Assembly (NCBI GenBank): GCA_002633005.1
Contig: NMRA01000279.1
Coordinates: 321,233-385,232 of the forward strand
Source: Phoronis australis
Taxonomy: Eukaryota > Animalia > Phoronida
Length of the DNA stretch: 64,000 nucleotides
Reading direction: 5' to 3'
Shown: positions 39,801 through 52,100 of the stretch, one piece after another
Position numbering within the stretch: the stretch's first letter is position 1
Layout: every line of letters begins with the position of its first letter
Notes under the pieces: generated by a model
What the model was told of the DNA's origin: nothing
The model's database searches: none
Seen by the model: only the letters and a program-made list of their open reading frames with translations
Translations under genes and position numbers: made by a program

Positions 39801-42800
39801 AACTCAGTTTTTCACATAATTATATACATTAGGAGTTGTTTTATTTATGAATGGAGTCGTATAAGTTGAACACATTGCTGCTTTTTCCATGTATTTGAGT
39901 TTGAATTCTCAAGTGTTTTGTTTGCTCAAAATCTATATTTTCTACAGTTCATCTTGTTGTCTCATCTGCAGTGCTTATACTTCTTTTAGCATTCACTCCC
40001 AGGAGAGCTGTGATGCGCTAGTAGCGCCACCTTACATCTGTTTATCAATCAGGTGTAGTTTCCTGGGGCATTATCTAAAGCAGTATTACGTGGGATCAAA
40101 AAACAACCTTTTCTGACCCGAGGTCTTTCGAAAAGCACATTAAATACAAATTGGCACTACACAGCATTTTTGCACTAGAGTGTGGAAGTTTCAGAAGAAA
40201 GACTTGCATGTGCCAACTTGCAGCATAACAAATAGTATGTCACATGTTTGTTCATGCACTGCTGGAAATCGTATGCACTTCACTCTCGATTAGGTGGCTG
40301 ATGCAGTGACCGGAAATGGTTGAAGACAGTTGATAAGACGCACCGTACTACCCAGAATATAAGGCTATGGCCTTACAGGCCAAATAATACGATTTTGAGA
40401 ACGCTTAAAAATAATGCAAATGACCTAGAATATAAGGCCATGACTTTCTGTTTGAGTTTTTAAGTTTTTAAAAGGACATGCCATTATTTTGGCTATAAAG
40501 TCAGTTATTTTTTTTGTTTTTGCCAAAAAGTCATGACCAAAATGTAAAAGTAATATCTACGATCATGACGTATGGTTAAAAGCATTCCATGAAAAGATTG
40601 AATAAATAAAAAAAAACGAACAAACAGGAATTCCAAAATGGCAACACACGGTCAGGTACTCTCTGTCTTGGCAGTGCTGCATAGTGCTCTTCGGGGTATT
40701 CTCGCACACCGTGTTCACCCCAAACTTCATCAGACACTTGTGGTTAGGGTTGATGCATACTGAGAGTTCAAGATTTTTCAAAGTTCTGTTCTGTATCAAC
40801 TTTTGTGCCTCAAATCGTTGCACATGCAGTCTCCTTATACAGTTTCTGTGTGTTTAATATCATGTAATACTCACTTACAGGGGTCTGCATTGTACGAACC
40901 AGTTTGTTTCACTGAATAACGAGCGTCAAATTGGTTCTCGAAAGCGGAGACCCCTGTAGGTGACTATTGCTGAGTAATGTCAAAAATCTATTCAAAATGT
41001 TGTGTAAGAAACCCCAAAACAAGCATTCCCATATATTTTCAGTGACATGAATCTTGACCAATGGATAAAGTGTATCGACATTCTACCAATCACAGACTTA
41101 CAATTCATCGACATTGGCTACCACCAGCAGAGTTTCCGACTAGAGTTCAACCTTGAGTTCTCGTGCTACTCCTTCATTGTTCGTGATAGCAGGAGGTGTA
41201 AGAAGTTTATAAATGACCTCACATGTAAGTGTTCATAGTTTATATTGGTGGTCTCTCATGTAAGTGACCTTAGTTTATAAGTGGCCTCACATGTAAGTGA
41301 TCTTAGTTTATAAGTGGCCTCACATGTGAGTGTTCATAGTTTATAAGTGTCCTCACATGTAAATGACTATACTTTATACGTGGCTTTACATCTAAGTGAC
41401 CTTAGTTCATGAGTGGCCTCGCATGTAAATGTCCAAAGTTTATAAGTGGCCTCACATATAAGTAACCGTAATGTACAGTCAAAATATATATGTCATTATC
41501 TACTCTTCATTTTGGGTATTTTGTTGCTAGTCAAGTTTGTATGGGCAGAATGTTGTAGCGACCAAAGCCCTGACTCCCTTTATGTGCAGGTCTGAAAAAT
41601 TTGCCTGCCCTGAAGTAGGAGTCGAATTTAGACCGTGCTGGGAACATGCAATATATATCTGTTAATACTATCATTCCTGAGTGGCTTTGAAGTGACATTA
41701 TTAATGACAAAAGTGATTTTCTGAAATCATCTCCTGGGCAGACATGAACCTGGAATCTTTGTGGTTGCAGCTAAGTGCTGATGAGCTCAACTGGATATTT
41801 AACTGGTAATGTCACTGGCCTTGAGTTTAGTGAATGTCTGGCAGACAATTGCTAGAATTAGCGATTTGTTATATAATCACAAAAACACAACACATTTATT
41901 GTTTTAAAGCTCAAAGGTAATTACTTCAAAAGATCTATCTCATGCAATTATATTCCCAAAATGTGTTTTTCGACAGCACCGTAAAAACAGTAATGTCCCT
42001 TTAAGTCAACTTTATCGCCAGTTCTCAGCATGGCCCCGATGGCTCATTTTTTAAACATGCCCAGGTAGTATTCAGGAGATCCTGGGTTCGATGTCTTGGT
42101 CAGGACAGGTGTTTTTTTCAAACTGGTAAATGAAGTGTAGTACATACCGGTAATTAGTTAAAAACGCTACACAGTGCTTTACAGAAAGAATTTTCATCAT
42201 AGGATACTTTTGTATTGTAAACAGGTGATCCACCAGGTCATACGGAAGTTTGCCTGAGTGTGATAGAGGTCTGTCAAAATATGCCCAGTTTATCTTGACA
42301 ACTTCTTGATTTAGCTGTATGTGTGTCTTGCAGCCATCGTCAGAAACCTTGCGTTCCAGTCGGACAGTAACCTGCAGGGCATCCACCAAACTAACGACCA
42401 GACCTTGATCAACTTACAGACACAGGTCTTACACACGCCACTAGATGGCTCCACGGTGGGTGATGTGGATACCAAGATCCTGTCCTTCTGTATGGGTTAC
42501 CTGAAGACAAGTGAGGTGAACAAAGAAGGTATGCAACTGTCTAATATTTTTTTCAACCCTTCTTTGCACACTTCAGTGAGCCAAAAACGAAAACCATGGG
42601 ATGTTGTTTTACATTTTTTTATCCTCGACATGAGAGAAACACCAGTGCTGAAAACCACACTGAACGTATTGGAAGCTTTGTGTTTAACTGTGATTGGCTA
42701 GCTATATTAAGCTAGTCGTTAATGGTTGAAAGCTTGGAAATTCAGTCCCTTCTAAAGGATTAGTAATTTTTCATATAACCTAATTGTTAAAATGTCAGAA

Positions 42801-45800
42801 AAAATTAACATATCACTTTCAAAGTGGAACAAAATGTGTGTGAATGTGATGATACCTGTTCAGACTGGCCATAAGTTTGAATGTAAGCTCTCAATATGTG
42901 CTCCTCATAATGGGGCTATTCGGAGAATTCTCCTCGCGGTGTCGCTGCTGTACTAGTGGTGATTAAATTGCGCATGCGTGGCTGTCTGCATGTAAACAAC
43001 TGGTAAAAGATGGAATTTTTATCAAAATACGTCGTCGCACTAAGCCTTATTACTGCTAATTTCCCTGGTGCAAGTCTTCGACAGGTGGCCACAAATTCCC
43101 AAAAGACCTAAGGTTACTATATTCGTGGACAATTGCGGTCAACAGGGTCAACTAACTGACAAAAAGTGTGTGGATGCTGAAGCCCCGTGTGTGCTCTATG
43201 TCTATGACTATGCAGTTCCATTCGGAGACTACACAACATTACTTGGTAAGTTTTTAGCAATCAGTTTCTATCAACATCGTTCGGTGATGTTATCCCCACC
43301 AGTTACCCCACTGAATAACAGTTTTATTGAGTGGAACTAAGTGTTTCTTTTTGGAAACTCACCCGATGCCGGGTAGGCTAGCAGCACATATTCATATTGT
43401 CCTGGGTGGGAGTGCTCCCAAAATAAGAGGTGTATGGTACGTGATGCACAGAAGTCAAGAGTGACTTTTTCACAGCAGTTTCTCTTCAAAACTATGCTGT
43501 TTCCAATAAAATTCTCTAGATGAGTGAGTTTCCTTATTTTATCGTGGACCCCACCCCCAGGACCACCAGCTCAGTTATCGAATTAACATGAATAAGCCTT
43601 AATTCAGTAAATGTCGTAACATTGCATTGGAAAAAAATTGACACCTAGAATGAATTTTACTTGTTGAGATCAGAAGCACATTTTAAGTGTCATGAAAAAT
43701 ACACATTGTTAAATCACTTTTAGCCTGTTTCACATATTTTAATTCAGATATTAAATAAGACTTGGGTACAAAGGTTATTAGTTTCTACACATAAACATGA
43801 AGATGAAATGTCAAGTATGTTCTGCCTTACAAAAGTAGTTTTGTCTTGTCTTTTCTTTTACAATTTGCTAATATTTCTATTCTGTTACAGGCAAGAAAAA
43901 ACAACTGAAACCAACCGCCTGACCATCTATTTCACCGTTGGACAAAGTGAAAAGCAATCCTTCAGCAATAACCTGAGAGAATTGAACGTAATTCAGAAAT
44001 TCAGCACCTGATATGCCTGATTATGGACTCCCTCGCAATGTTGTTTCTTTCTGTGCTTTTTCAGTTTGCCATTTGTTTTTAAATACACTGATAATTGTTT
44101 ATTCTCGAATCTTGTGCATAGCAGATTCTTATCCAGCTAGCTACAATTGAAAACATACAATAAGACAATCGATGCAGTCACTGAATGTCATTTCCCCATA
44201 ATCTGTACCAAATTGAAAAGTTTTTACCAATAGTATAAAGCCTTTCTTCTGAAAGGAAAATTTAATGTCACTCAGCTTTTGGCTTTCATTTCACTGGGTT
44301 CTAGTTTCAATGGCCTATAGAAGCGCTTGTAAAAAAGGTCCAGTTTCAACACGTGGCTTTCTTTCATGTAACCTCATTCAGCCTCAATAACATCCACAAT
44401 TAGACCCTTGAAGGTAAACACAGCAGCATATCACTTGAATCGTTTTGAGCCCAAAATCAGACTCTGAACTAGACCAGAGTGTGACTAGGTCTTCTTTAGC
44501 TTCAGTCCCTCATGTTTCTTCCAGGAAAGGAAATAAGCTATTGTCCACACATGACTCATTGCCTATGAAAGGGCATCCTCACCAACAAGGCTTATTTGTG
44601 TAGCAGTCAGATATAGTTCGTCTGGATACACAGACACTCCACTGGCACATTGTCTTATGGTAACTTAGTACTGCGATTCACATTTCTCCAGGGCCACTGA
44701 CTTGCACATTGTGCCATGCAGCACTGCTGGTGTGTGGAAGTGCTGTGGGAAGAGAACGGAGTAACAAAGCTTGTCTATGATACAGCTTGAAGTGGCCTTA
44801 AAATGTCACTGAACCTGGAACAAATATTGAAATATGAATAATTAAGTACTCCAGATTGGATCAAAAATGTTATCCCTGTTTTTCAAAAATATATGGTGAT
44901 TGGTCTACAGTTTCACATAAAAGTAAATATTTACTATTTTCAGAAACCAAGGGTGTATATAATGAGTATTGCATAAAACTGTGTCTTTATTTTTTATCCC
45001 TAGCCATAACAATTCTTTAAACGCATCACTTGTCTGTAAAATATACAAGTTTTTTGAGACAACTTCAAACCTTTGTTACCCATTTTCAAGCTTTTTTAAT
45101 TTTGATACTTTCAGCAATTTTAAACTCAGATTACAGGTTCATGGGTCTGTCAAGCATACTTCTAGCCTAAGGTTGAGGGAACCGTTTTTCTTCTAATAGA
45201 AGATATGAAGACTTGGGTCATTTAAAAATGATGGATAATCTTTCTGTTGTTTAAGAATAATTACAAATCGTAAGGCACCATCAAAAATGCAATTTTCACA
45301 AAAATGGCAGTCATTTGAATTTATAACGACTTGCAACATTTCAAGGCATGAGTTAAGACTATTCAGTCACTGTGAATTCGGAAAATGTAATATATATCTG
45401 GTTTTACAATTGATACAAGTAACAAAACAGCATATCTCCTCTGCACGGTACAAGCCTTCAAACCTAAAAACCAAAGGTTACGTGAAAACTGACGTGATAG
45501 ATTTCCATTTCAACGTGTAACAGATTGCCAGAAGACATATGATAGGGAGTAAACAAATAGTCTAATGCAATGGATATTTATCACTCACGTACCCTTTACC
45601 ATTGGGATTGGATTGTAATCTTAACTCATTAACCTGTATCGAGTTAACAGCATAAACATTCAGCACTGATTGATGTAACTATCACTGATAAACTTTTAGA
45701 AATCATTCCAAACAACAATAATAATGCTTTGATGTACGAAAAGATCCCGATTGCTACGTCAAGTATCGTATCACATATCACAATATATAAAGATTAACCA

Positions 45801-48800
45801 GACTCTGGCTGGCGACTGACTGCCGCGAAGTCGATATCGGCGAGTGCCTCAGTTGAACAGGCATCGGTAGAATAATCATGGGATAATCGTAAAAATAATC
45901 ACAAACCTTACCTTTGTATGAGGTCGTGCTTACTTCCTCTCATAAAAGCACCCTTTTTACGCAATCTCAGATTCAGTAGGCACGGCTGCAAGCCATTTCA
46001 CCATGTATTTAAAGGGCTCGCGAAATCGAGGCTGGTAATCTATCACCACTAGTACACGCACGCCCTCTAGTTATTGTAGATTTTCCGAATAGCCCCATTA
46101 TCATAATGACTACAGAATTTGTGGTCTAACCGTTTACACTTACTATAAAATCCTTGGTTCTTGATTCTTTAAAGTAATAGCGAGTAACACAAATTTTGTT
46201 AATATTACCGTCCCAAGTTCAAACATATATATTTAGTGTTTTGTGGTCATTTTGTGAACACAGGCAATATTGTCAGTGTAAACGCAGGAGATAGTGTCAA
46301 TGTGAACTTGGGCAATATTGTCAGTGTGAACACAGGTAATATAATGATTGTAAATTGGTCTCTAAAATAAGGGTTATAGACATTGACCTGCCTAAAACTT
46401 ACTGCTTATAAAGATTGGAAGAAGTGAGAAATATTGTCAGTAAAGGTCGCTTTTGGAACCAAAGAACCGTACCTTGATATGGTATGTGTACAGCCGTTTC
46501 GTCCATATCTCATGGACTTAATTCACCACCAGGTGTGCCCACTTAACCCTTATCCTGCGCTAGGCGAGGTCAGCCGACATGCCATCCTATTAAAATGCGT
46601 TGGGTGTACTCAATCGACTATAATAAGTTACAGCTGGGCTGCGCTAGGAGAGTGCACTCACCCCAGGACACTAGTGATTTTCATTCAGAAATTGTAAGAG
46701 CCCCGGAATGTTGTTTAGATACGTGACCACCAGCATTCCATACTTCACAGTTTCCTCTACAGTTCTCCAATTTAAACCATATGGATGTGATTACTAGTTT
46801 GGGAGATATTGGCAGGTTTATGTAAGTGTAGACACATAGTTTCATTACATGGCTTGAGTCATATGGGAGAGGATGACAGTGGATCAGTTTGCTTTCACCA
46901 AGGCTATGATAAAGACTTACACATGGTGAAAATCTCCATTAAATTCGCACAAGTTTTGTATTGACTTCCTTTCTGTTAATTTAATATTTCCCCTTCAAAT
47001 TTCCAATTTAAAATTGCTAGGTCATTAGTCTGGGTGACCTCCATAACAGCTTAGTTCACAGCAGTAGTGGTGACCTACTTAGCTCAGCACACAGGGAAAG
47101 AAGTCTGAATAGAGGCTCAGCAGGATAAGGGTTAAATGTGACCCAGTAATATACATAGTCTCATTGAAAGAAGTCTTGTAAAACTCACATTTCAGGTTTT
47201 GCTGAAGCTCAGCCAATATAGAGGATGATAGAAAATGTGCAATTTTGTTAAACCTCATTGACAAGATAAAAAACTACCCTTCTTACGATACATGTATTTT
47301 GAATGATTGTATGAACTGTGATTGGTCTCTGAACACTGTATGATTGTGTGAACTGTTATTAGGAAGTTTCTGGTTATTCACTGCAGGGAAACCCTTGCTG
47401 ACGCCAATCAGCATCATCGTCACGCCAACAGATGTCTGTCTGGCCAATGAAAATCATCAGTGGCCATTACCTAGGTTACAAGTTGCGCCTTCAGGCGACA
47501 TCTTGAGGACACAGTTTGAACTAAAGGACAGGCAAAAGGTTTCAAATATTGCTCAATTGGTGAGTAATTGGCACTAGATTGTTATTCATGTGTCGAGGTA
47601 TGACATAAAAGTCACTTCCTTTGTGTTTGTTGAGTTCTAGTGGTCTTCAAATCTGACGTGTTGTCAAAATATAAGTGTTAAAATTGTTGTTGTTTAGAGC
47701 ATGTATGCTGTCTGTTCACTTGATGAATGAGGATGCCACAACTCTGAACCATTTAAGGAAACTGAGAAAAAAGGTTTTCGGACATAAGAACACTTATAAA
47801 ATGTACTTGTAATAGTCAATGATGGTTTATGTTGAAGAATGCTTAATTCTAGTTTGCACTTGATGACCCCAGTAAGCTGGGACTGCAAACTCATCTGCAG
47901 TCCCAGAGTGTACTCAAGCAGTCAATGACGAAGCCTAAATCTGAAACTGCCATTTTTCAGAAATTTGGAATTTGTTACTTAACCTAAAATTATGACAAAG
48001 AAACCCAATATTTATTGATTTCAGCGAATCGTTAGTATCCCCAACTTTTATACGAAAACTGGCTTCTATTAGCTCTCGTAAATTGCTTTTTTTGTTCACA
48101 AAAGAACAAATGTGTAGCTAATATGATTATCATGTAGTCATAAATGAGACTACACTACACTTGACTTCCAAACAATGGCAACTTGCACCGATGTTGCACT
48201 TGTTTATTATGTCGTGTATGAGCTTTCTGCAAAATATTTGAATCTTTGTTTTTCTGTTCATTCGGCATTCTTTTAACGATAATCCTGTTGGCCACTTCTG
48301 CAACCAATTGTTTGCACACTGTGACTGCGTCTCGCACAACACTCCTGTTGGTCACTCCTTGTTCTTACCACAGTGTTATCTCCCATGGTACTGCAGCGCC
48401 CTCTATGTTTCGATTTTGGGGCCAAGAATAATGCTTTGCCATGTTCAAATTCTGTACCATGGTTACCGTCAGAAAATATTTTGAAAAACTGTGAGCATTC
48501 ACAACAATGTTATTCGAACTTTTAAAATGAAGAAAGGGTAATTTTGGTGATTAATTTTTTCACTCAGACATACAAGTTGTGAAGTGTCATGTGCACACCT
48601 CCTACAAAACACCGGGTAGGGGAATTTGCTGTTTGTGACTGTCTTGTTGGTCTAATCCATCAGTTTTGCTAGAAAGTATGAAAATAATTTGGAGTAGATA
48701 AGACCCAGGGTCCAAACATAATCATGGCGAGTTGTCAAGAAATTTGACCAATAAAGCCCTATAACTTAACCTGTAATTGATTTTTGCATATTCTGTGAAA

Positions 48801-49177
48801 TGTCTTCATACACTTCTCCTGGTCTTGCTCTTCTCCCTTTACTGCTTCTCCCGTTATAGCGGAGCTAACCATGAACAGACCTGCATGCTGGATGCTAGTG
48901 TGATTACTGAACCTAAGGTTGAAAGTTGCTCCACATGCAGCTCACTATAGGGCTCGAGATGTTTTTCCAAGAAATTTTTGATGACCTCGGCTCATTTTTC
49001 CAGGAAACGTTTCCAGACAATCAGCTTCAGGTGGCTGTGAACTTCTTCAACGAGGACTCGAGCGAGGACTTCACCTGGACACTAACGTTTACCACACTGA
49101 ACTCCAAGCTGTGCTTTATCGACTCTCTGAAAGAGCCATGGGAGGCCTTATTTGGTGTGGACTTGACAGTATTGTGA
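19420..49177 (+). CDS. STK11IP: Serine/threonine-protein kinase 11-interacting protein (LKB1-interacting protein 1), about 1362 aa, 24 coding exons
   Basis: Exons with GT-AG sites and consistent phases: 19420-19489, 20408-20607, 22128-22295, 22922-23029, 23619-23690, 24305-24434, 27123-27226, 27676-27762, 28620-28661, 28894-29122, 29697-29908, 30479-30710, 31673-31845, 32152-32274, 33139-33210, 33726-33843, 35843-36035, 36828-36871, 37685-38574, 39430-39527, 41043-41224, 42334-42528, 47387-47559, 49004-49177 (4089 nt total). N-terminus ELAVLLRSS..DKILSG...FLYDVVQKTLSLK, ICSRSL, SCGGDMSAAMSW, LRRs (LDSSLRLLPKLEVIDLSHN, LLLRGNNL, LGENPLSFHENHR), two CxxC motifs (CFKC, CPYC) and VDHRLKL match STK11IP architecture. 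Confidence 0.92.
19686..20135 (+). mobile_element. Dispersed repeat family fragment; inverted copy at 63585-63910, related start at about 24875
   Basis: CAGGTTTGAACCTGTGCCCTTTGGG...GAGCAATCGAAA...AAAGTTGACTAGAATCTTGCATTTTTGTAAG...CTAATGGCGCAAAG...CAGGAATATCCCTG matches the reverse complement of 63585-63910. Confidence 0.7.
20659..21478 (+). mobile_element. Helentron-associated (HINE/DINE-1-like) non-autonomous element
   Basis: Begins in a T run, (CCGT)n microsatellite at about 20708-20735, internal repeats of about 140 bp containing GCCCCCTAGTGGT and ATGAAATTT, ends GCTCTTGTT. Confidence 0.6.
22332..22392. repeat. 23-bp tandem repeat, about 3 copies
   Basis: CCAACA(C/T)GGGAGA(C/T)AACT(A/G)CTGC units. 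Confidence 0.7.
25464..27055 (+). repeat. Misplaced duplicate of 27670-29269 containing extra copies of three STK11IP exons (25470-25556, 26403-26444, 26677-26905)
   Basis: Near-identical to downstream copy; bounded by single N at 25463 and 27056; exons lie upstream of exon 27123-27226 that precedes them in the protein and are phase-incompatible there. Confidence 0.85.
30769..30841. repeat. (CA)n microsatellite
   Basis: Direct inspection. Confidence 0.9.
30862..31428. repeat. Diverged 38-bp minisatellite
   Basis: Units like GGCTTAGTAGT(G/T)(A/T)ACTACTTGACTTA.ATTTTACTAAT, roughly 14 copies. Confidence 0.85.
33476..33666. mobile_element. Fold-back (palindromic) MITE-like element
   Basis: AATAAGAAGACA..AAATTGGTTAAGTCAGC / GCTGATTTAACCAATTT..TGTCTTCTTATT and inner TTTGATGTAAAACGCACA / TGTGCGTTTTACATCAAA inverted arms. 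Confidence 0.7.
33917..34152. repeat. 20-bp minisatellite (TGCTCTTTTCTCATTAATAC)n
   Basis: About 11 units. Confidence 0.9.
35060..35474 (+). mobile_element. HINE-like element fragment
   Basis: GTGCCCCTAGTG motif, CGAAATTTG, terminal hairpin ATGCA..TTGCAT followed by GCTCTTGTTT as in 20659-21478. Confidence 0.45.
35608..35647. repeat. 10-bp tandem repeat (CTTGCTTACC)4
   Basis: Direct inspection. Confidence 0.8.
36036..36222. repeat. 54-bp tandem repeat starting at a splice donor
   Basis: Units start at 36036, 36090, 36144 and 36197, each G(T/C)GAGTCAGACAACAAG; internal hairpin CAGACAACA/TGTTGTCTG. Confidence 0.85.
40878..40956. mobile_element. 79-bp hairpin MITE with TA TSD (Tc1/mariner-type)
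   Basis: TA|CAGGGGTCT..GAACCAGTTTG ... CAAATTGGTTC..AGACCCCTG|TA; related hairpins at about 25755-25815, 27975-28035 and 57088-57165. Confidence 0.7.
41204..41470. repeat. 33-bp tandem repeat spanning an exon-intron boundary
   Basis: About 8 units of AGTTTATAAGTGGCCTCACATGTAAGTGACCTT; the first unit is the 3' end of exon 41043-41224 plus its donor. Confidence 0.85.
42028..42120 (+). mobile_element. Degenerate tRNA-derived SINE head
   Basis: A-box-like TGGCTCA and B-box-like GGGTTCGA followed by a T run; no cloverleaf. Confidence 0.35.
43087..43244 (+). pseudogene. THAP zinc-finger remnant of the transposase gene
   Basis: Translates GHKFPKDLRLLYSWTIAVNRVN*LTKSVWMLKPRVCSM, matching the THAP pattern FPKD..W..AV.R....W.....RVCS.HF, with an in-frame stop. 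Confidence 0.7.
44285..44742 (-). pseudogene. YqaJ-like (lambda exonuclease family) nuclease remnant
   Basis: Minus-strand translation across frameshifts: HTPAVLHG..SVALEK.ESQY*VT..C..GVSVYPDELYLTAT...LVGED, then CPFIG...FPFLEE..LKLKKT*SH...VQ...AVFTFKGL.V..I.........KLDLFYKRFYRP, following the YqaJ consensus order with stops and loss of the EVK motif. Confidence 0.7.
46255..46345. repeat. 24-bp tandem repeat, about 4 copies
   Basis: GTGAACACAGGCAATATTGTCAGT-like units. Confidence 0.7.
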
Positions 49178-52100
49178 AATAACTCAATATCCACTATACT
49201 TGCCATCATTTCCATAGGGGCCATAATGAAGACTAGACTCCAAAATTGACCAATCGAGTTGAAGAAATTAGTGGAAGGATAGGACTTGAGTGGTCAGTTT
49301 TTGAGTCAAGTTTCAAGTTAGTTTCCTGGTCATGAGTTCAGGCCTGGGTTGTGCAAGTATGTCTTTTGGGTAATGTTGTTGTGGGATATCATAGGCTCAA
49401 CTGGGATAGAGTGTGTGCATCTGTCATGATTTCATCCAATGTGGATTATTATTTATGCAATCAGACATTGTGATCTGTTTTATCAACAGTGATACTGACA
49501 TCTGAAGGTGTCACATTCGTTGTACTCAGTCTGGTTTACGAATTAATGTTGCCCTTACTGTGTTTAACTCAGCGTCAAGGTTGTCATCATAGTCCTGTGG
49601 TGTAAGTCATTTGAACTGAGACCTACAGGCATGATTCAGCTATTACCATGCGAACAACCATTTTAAAAAGGGTCTAGTTCTATTCCTGTTCGTTTCTTAC
49701 AATCTTAATACCATACTCTTCTGGGTAAACACCCATCTTCTGCTCAATGTCCACCCCTAAATTCCAAATTTTTACTTTTAAAAATCCCGCACAATCAAGA
49801 CCGCCATAGAAGTATCGGTGTCAGCACCGTTCTCATGAGAATTTTAACTCCTAAAAGGTACTAGGCAACTTGCATACGTTTGGGCAATGAACTGTCAGAG
49901 GCTCCCTAACGTATTCTGGTGGAACAATGCTTCCTTTTCACTGATGGAGGCGTGAAATGGTTCCATTTTCATTGGCTCATACGCATTCTGTGCAAAAATG
50001 TTTTAAGTATTTGTGTGAGCAAATTGAACTTGCGAGTAACCACCCATGCCAGTCTTCCCAAAATGTTCAATGCACATTCTTGCCAGAGTGCACACCCTAT
50101 TTCTTAATGTATTAATTTAAGCACCCTGGATGTCAACCTGGGATGAGTACAGTATTATTATTAGTCAAAATGCTTTTCAATGTACTGATTTATAAATAAA
50201 TGTTCATTCACAAGCCAATTATGCTGTATACATGATGAACTTATGGTGGTGTTTCAATCTTGGGAGGGTTCATTGTTAACACTGTTCTGCTGTATCTATT
50301 TTAAGTCATTACCAAAGAAAGAATTGGAGAAGGCAGCTTTATTACTTTATGACATGTAAGCTTTTATCTGCAGGAGTTTGAGCACTTCACGACCAGATTG
50401 TATGAAGATCTCTAAATGTTTGTGTAGAGGTCACCAGCAGCCCAGGTTTTGAAGCTAATTACCTTCTATATCGAGTGTTGACCATTGCATACATCGAGGG
50501 TTTGTCAATACCTGGGGTTTGTTTGACTTCTAAGCTTAAGTCAAAAATTTCATCTTATGCTTATGGAAACTGTCAACCTTCATGAAGTTCTTTCACATTT
50601 CATCGAACAATTGAACTGTTCAATTTGAACCCATGAAATATATATTTTCGAAATCCTCAAAATTGTGAAAAATTTAAAGATCTGGAAATAGGTGACGAAG
50701 ATTTGCACATAACCGATGAACATGATGAAAATTTATGGATAGCAAATGAAAGTAAAGATGACTATTTTTGATGCAATCCTTGAATATTATATTTATAAAA
50801 CAACATTTCATGAAGATTGGCAATTACCTAAATCTCACTTAAGCAAAGTTAGAAGCCTTCAAAAATTCCCATAAATTAAATTAAACTTTGATTGGATAAC
50901 AGTTACATGGGAAAAACTTTATTCATTCAAAGTGGGAGCATTCGACAAACTTTCCGACTTCAGCACAGTCATTATTATTCATCATACGTCATTATCATAT
51001 TTTGCATGCTACCATAAATTTCAAAAGTTTTGAATTAGCCTTACGTATTATGGTTTTCATTATGTGTTATGTGCACTACCTGCTTTGTTGCATAATATAT
51101 TTTTTGATAGCTTTCCAATTTCCTGGTAACCTGTAACAAATTTTGGGTGCCAGAGGTAGTCAAGATTACGTACCTTTGGGTCACTTTTGGCCACTCAGCT
51201 GAGTTGTGTCATGTTTTGTGACCTTTTTATGATAAAACTTACGGCGACTTCATCGCTGGCCAGTTAATAGGCATCGTTATGTTTATTTCGGTAATTCTGT
51301 CAGATAATGAGATCTCAAACTGTCAACAAAGTCAAGCCACTGAGCTGTAAACTTATGTCTATGATTTTATTCACTAAATATATGTTTTACAATGTGCAGA
51401 TTTCCATTGCTTTCCAGATTTAAAAACAAAATCAAAAGCTGGTCACCCTCCCACTACCTAATATCTTATACTATCAAAACAAAATTTCTTAGACATTGAT
51501 CAATCTAAGAAACTTTGTGTATAAAAGAATTATGGTACCACAATTGATAAAAAGTCAGTCACACAAAACTCTGGAATAGTTGTCCCAAATGACTTTCAAT
51601 GGCAGAGAACAACCATTGACGGTCACATGATCAAGAGTTGCTCTCCGTTAAATGTGACCTGGCCATACTTAAAGTGGAATTTACACGCTAATCTCTGTGA
51701 TTTCTTGGTCAAATTAGTTTTACATAGCTCATAGTGATGATGTGCATAAGAAGTAGGTTGAAAATTGCCAAATGTTCTTAAGAACAAGTTTTGTGCCGTA
51801 AATCACTCAACCATGTCCAGTGAGTATCCTGACGTAGTGTCGGGGAATAACACTGCATGATGCAGGCTCTGTGAGTCCCCAAGGTACGTCATTAGTGCAA
51901 AGGTCACCTATTTACTTGATTTTTTTGTTTCCACATTTACAAGTTTTCAATATATACAACTGCACTTTGTTTAGCGTACGTGATGTTCAAATAGCATGGT
52001 CGTTTAATTCCTGCTATACATTAGCACAGTTAGGAGCATGCAAATACATTGAAAAATACTGTTCGTTTCCCCCTTGCCCCATCCTCCCTTAATTGCAATT

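Larger units (their letters stand above)
42909..46099. mobile_element. Decayed ISL2EU-type DNA transposon (3.2 kb) in an STK11IP intron
   Basis: TIR AATGGGGCTATTCGGA...TGTACTAGTGGTGAT / ATCACCACTAGTACA...TCCGAATAGCCCCATT; AT TSD at 42907-42908 and 46100-46101; convergent THAP and YqaJ remnants inside. Confidence 0.8.

Noticed and set aside
43891-44011. Exon-like segment with good acceptor inside STK11IP intron
   Set aside because: Lies within the ISL2EU-type element, so more likely a transposase-gene remnant; STK11IP exons 42528 and 47387 join in phase without it.
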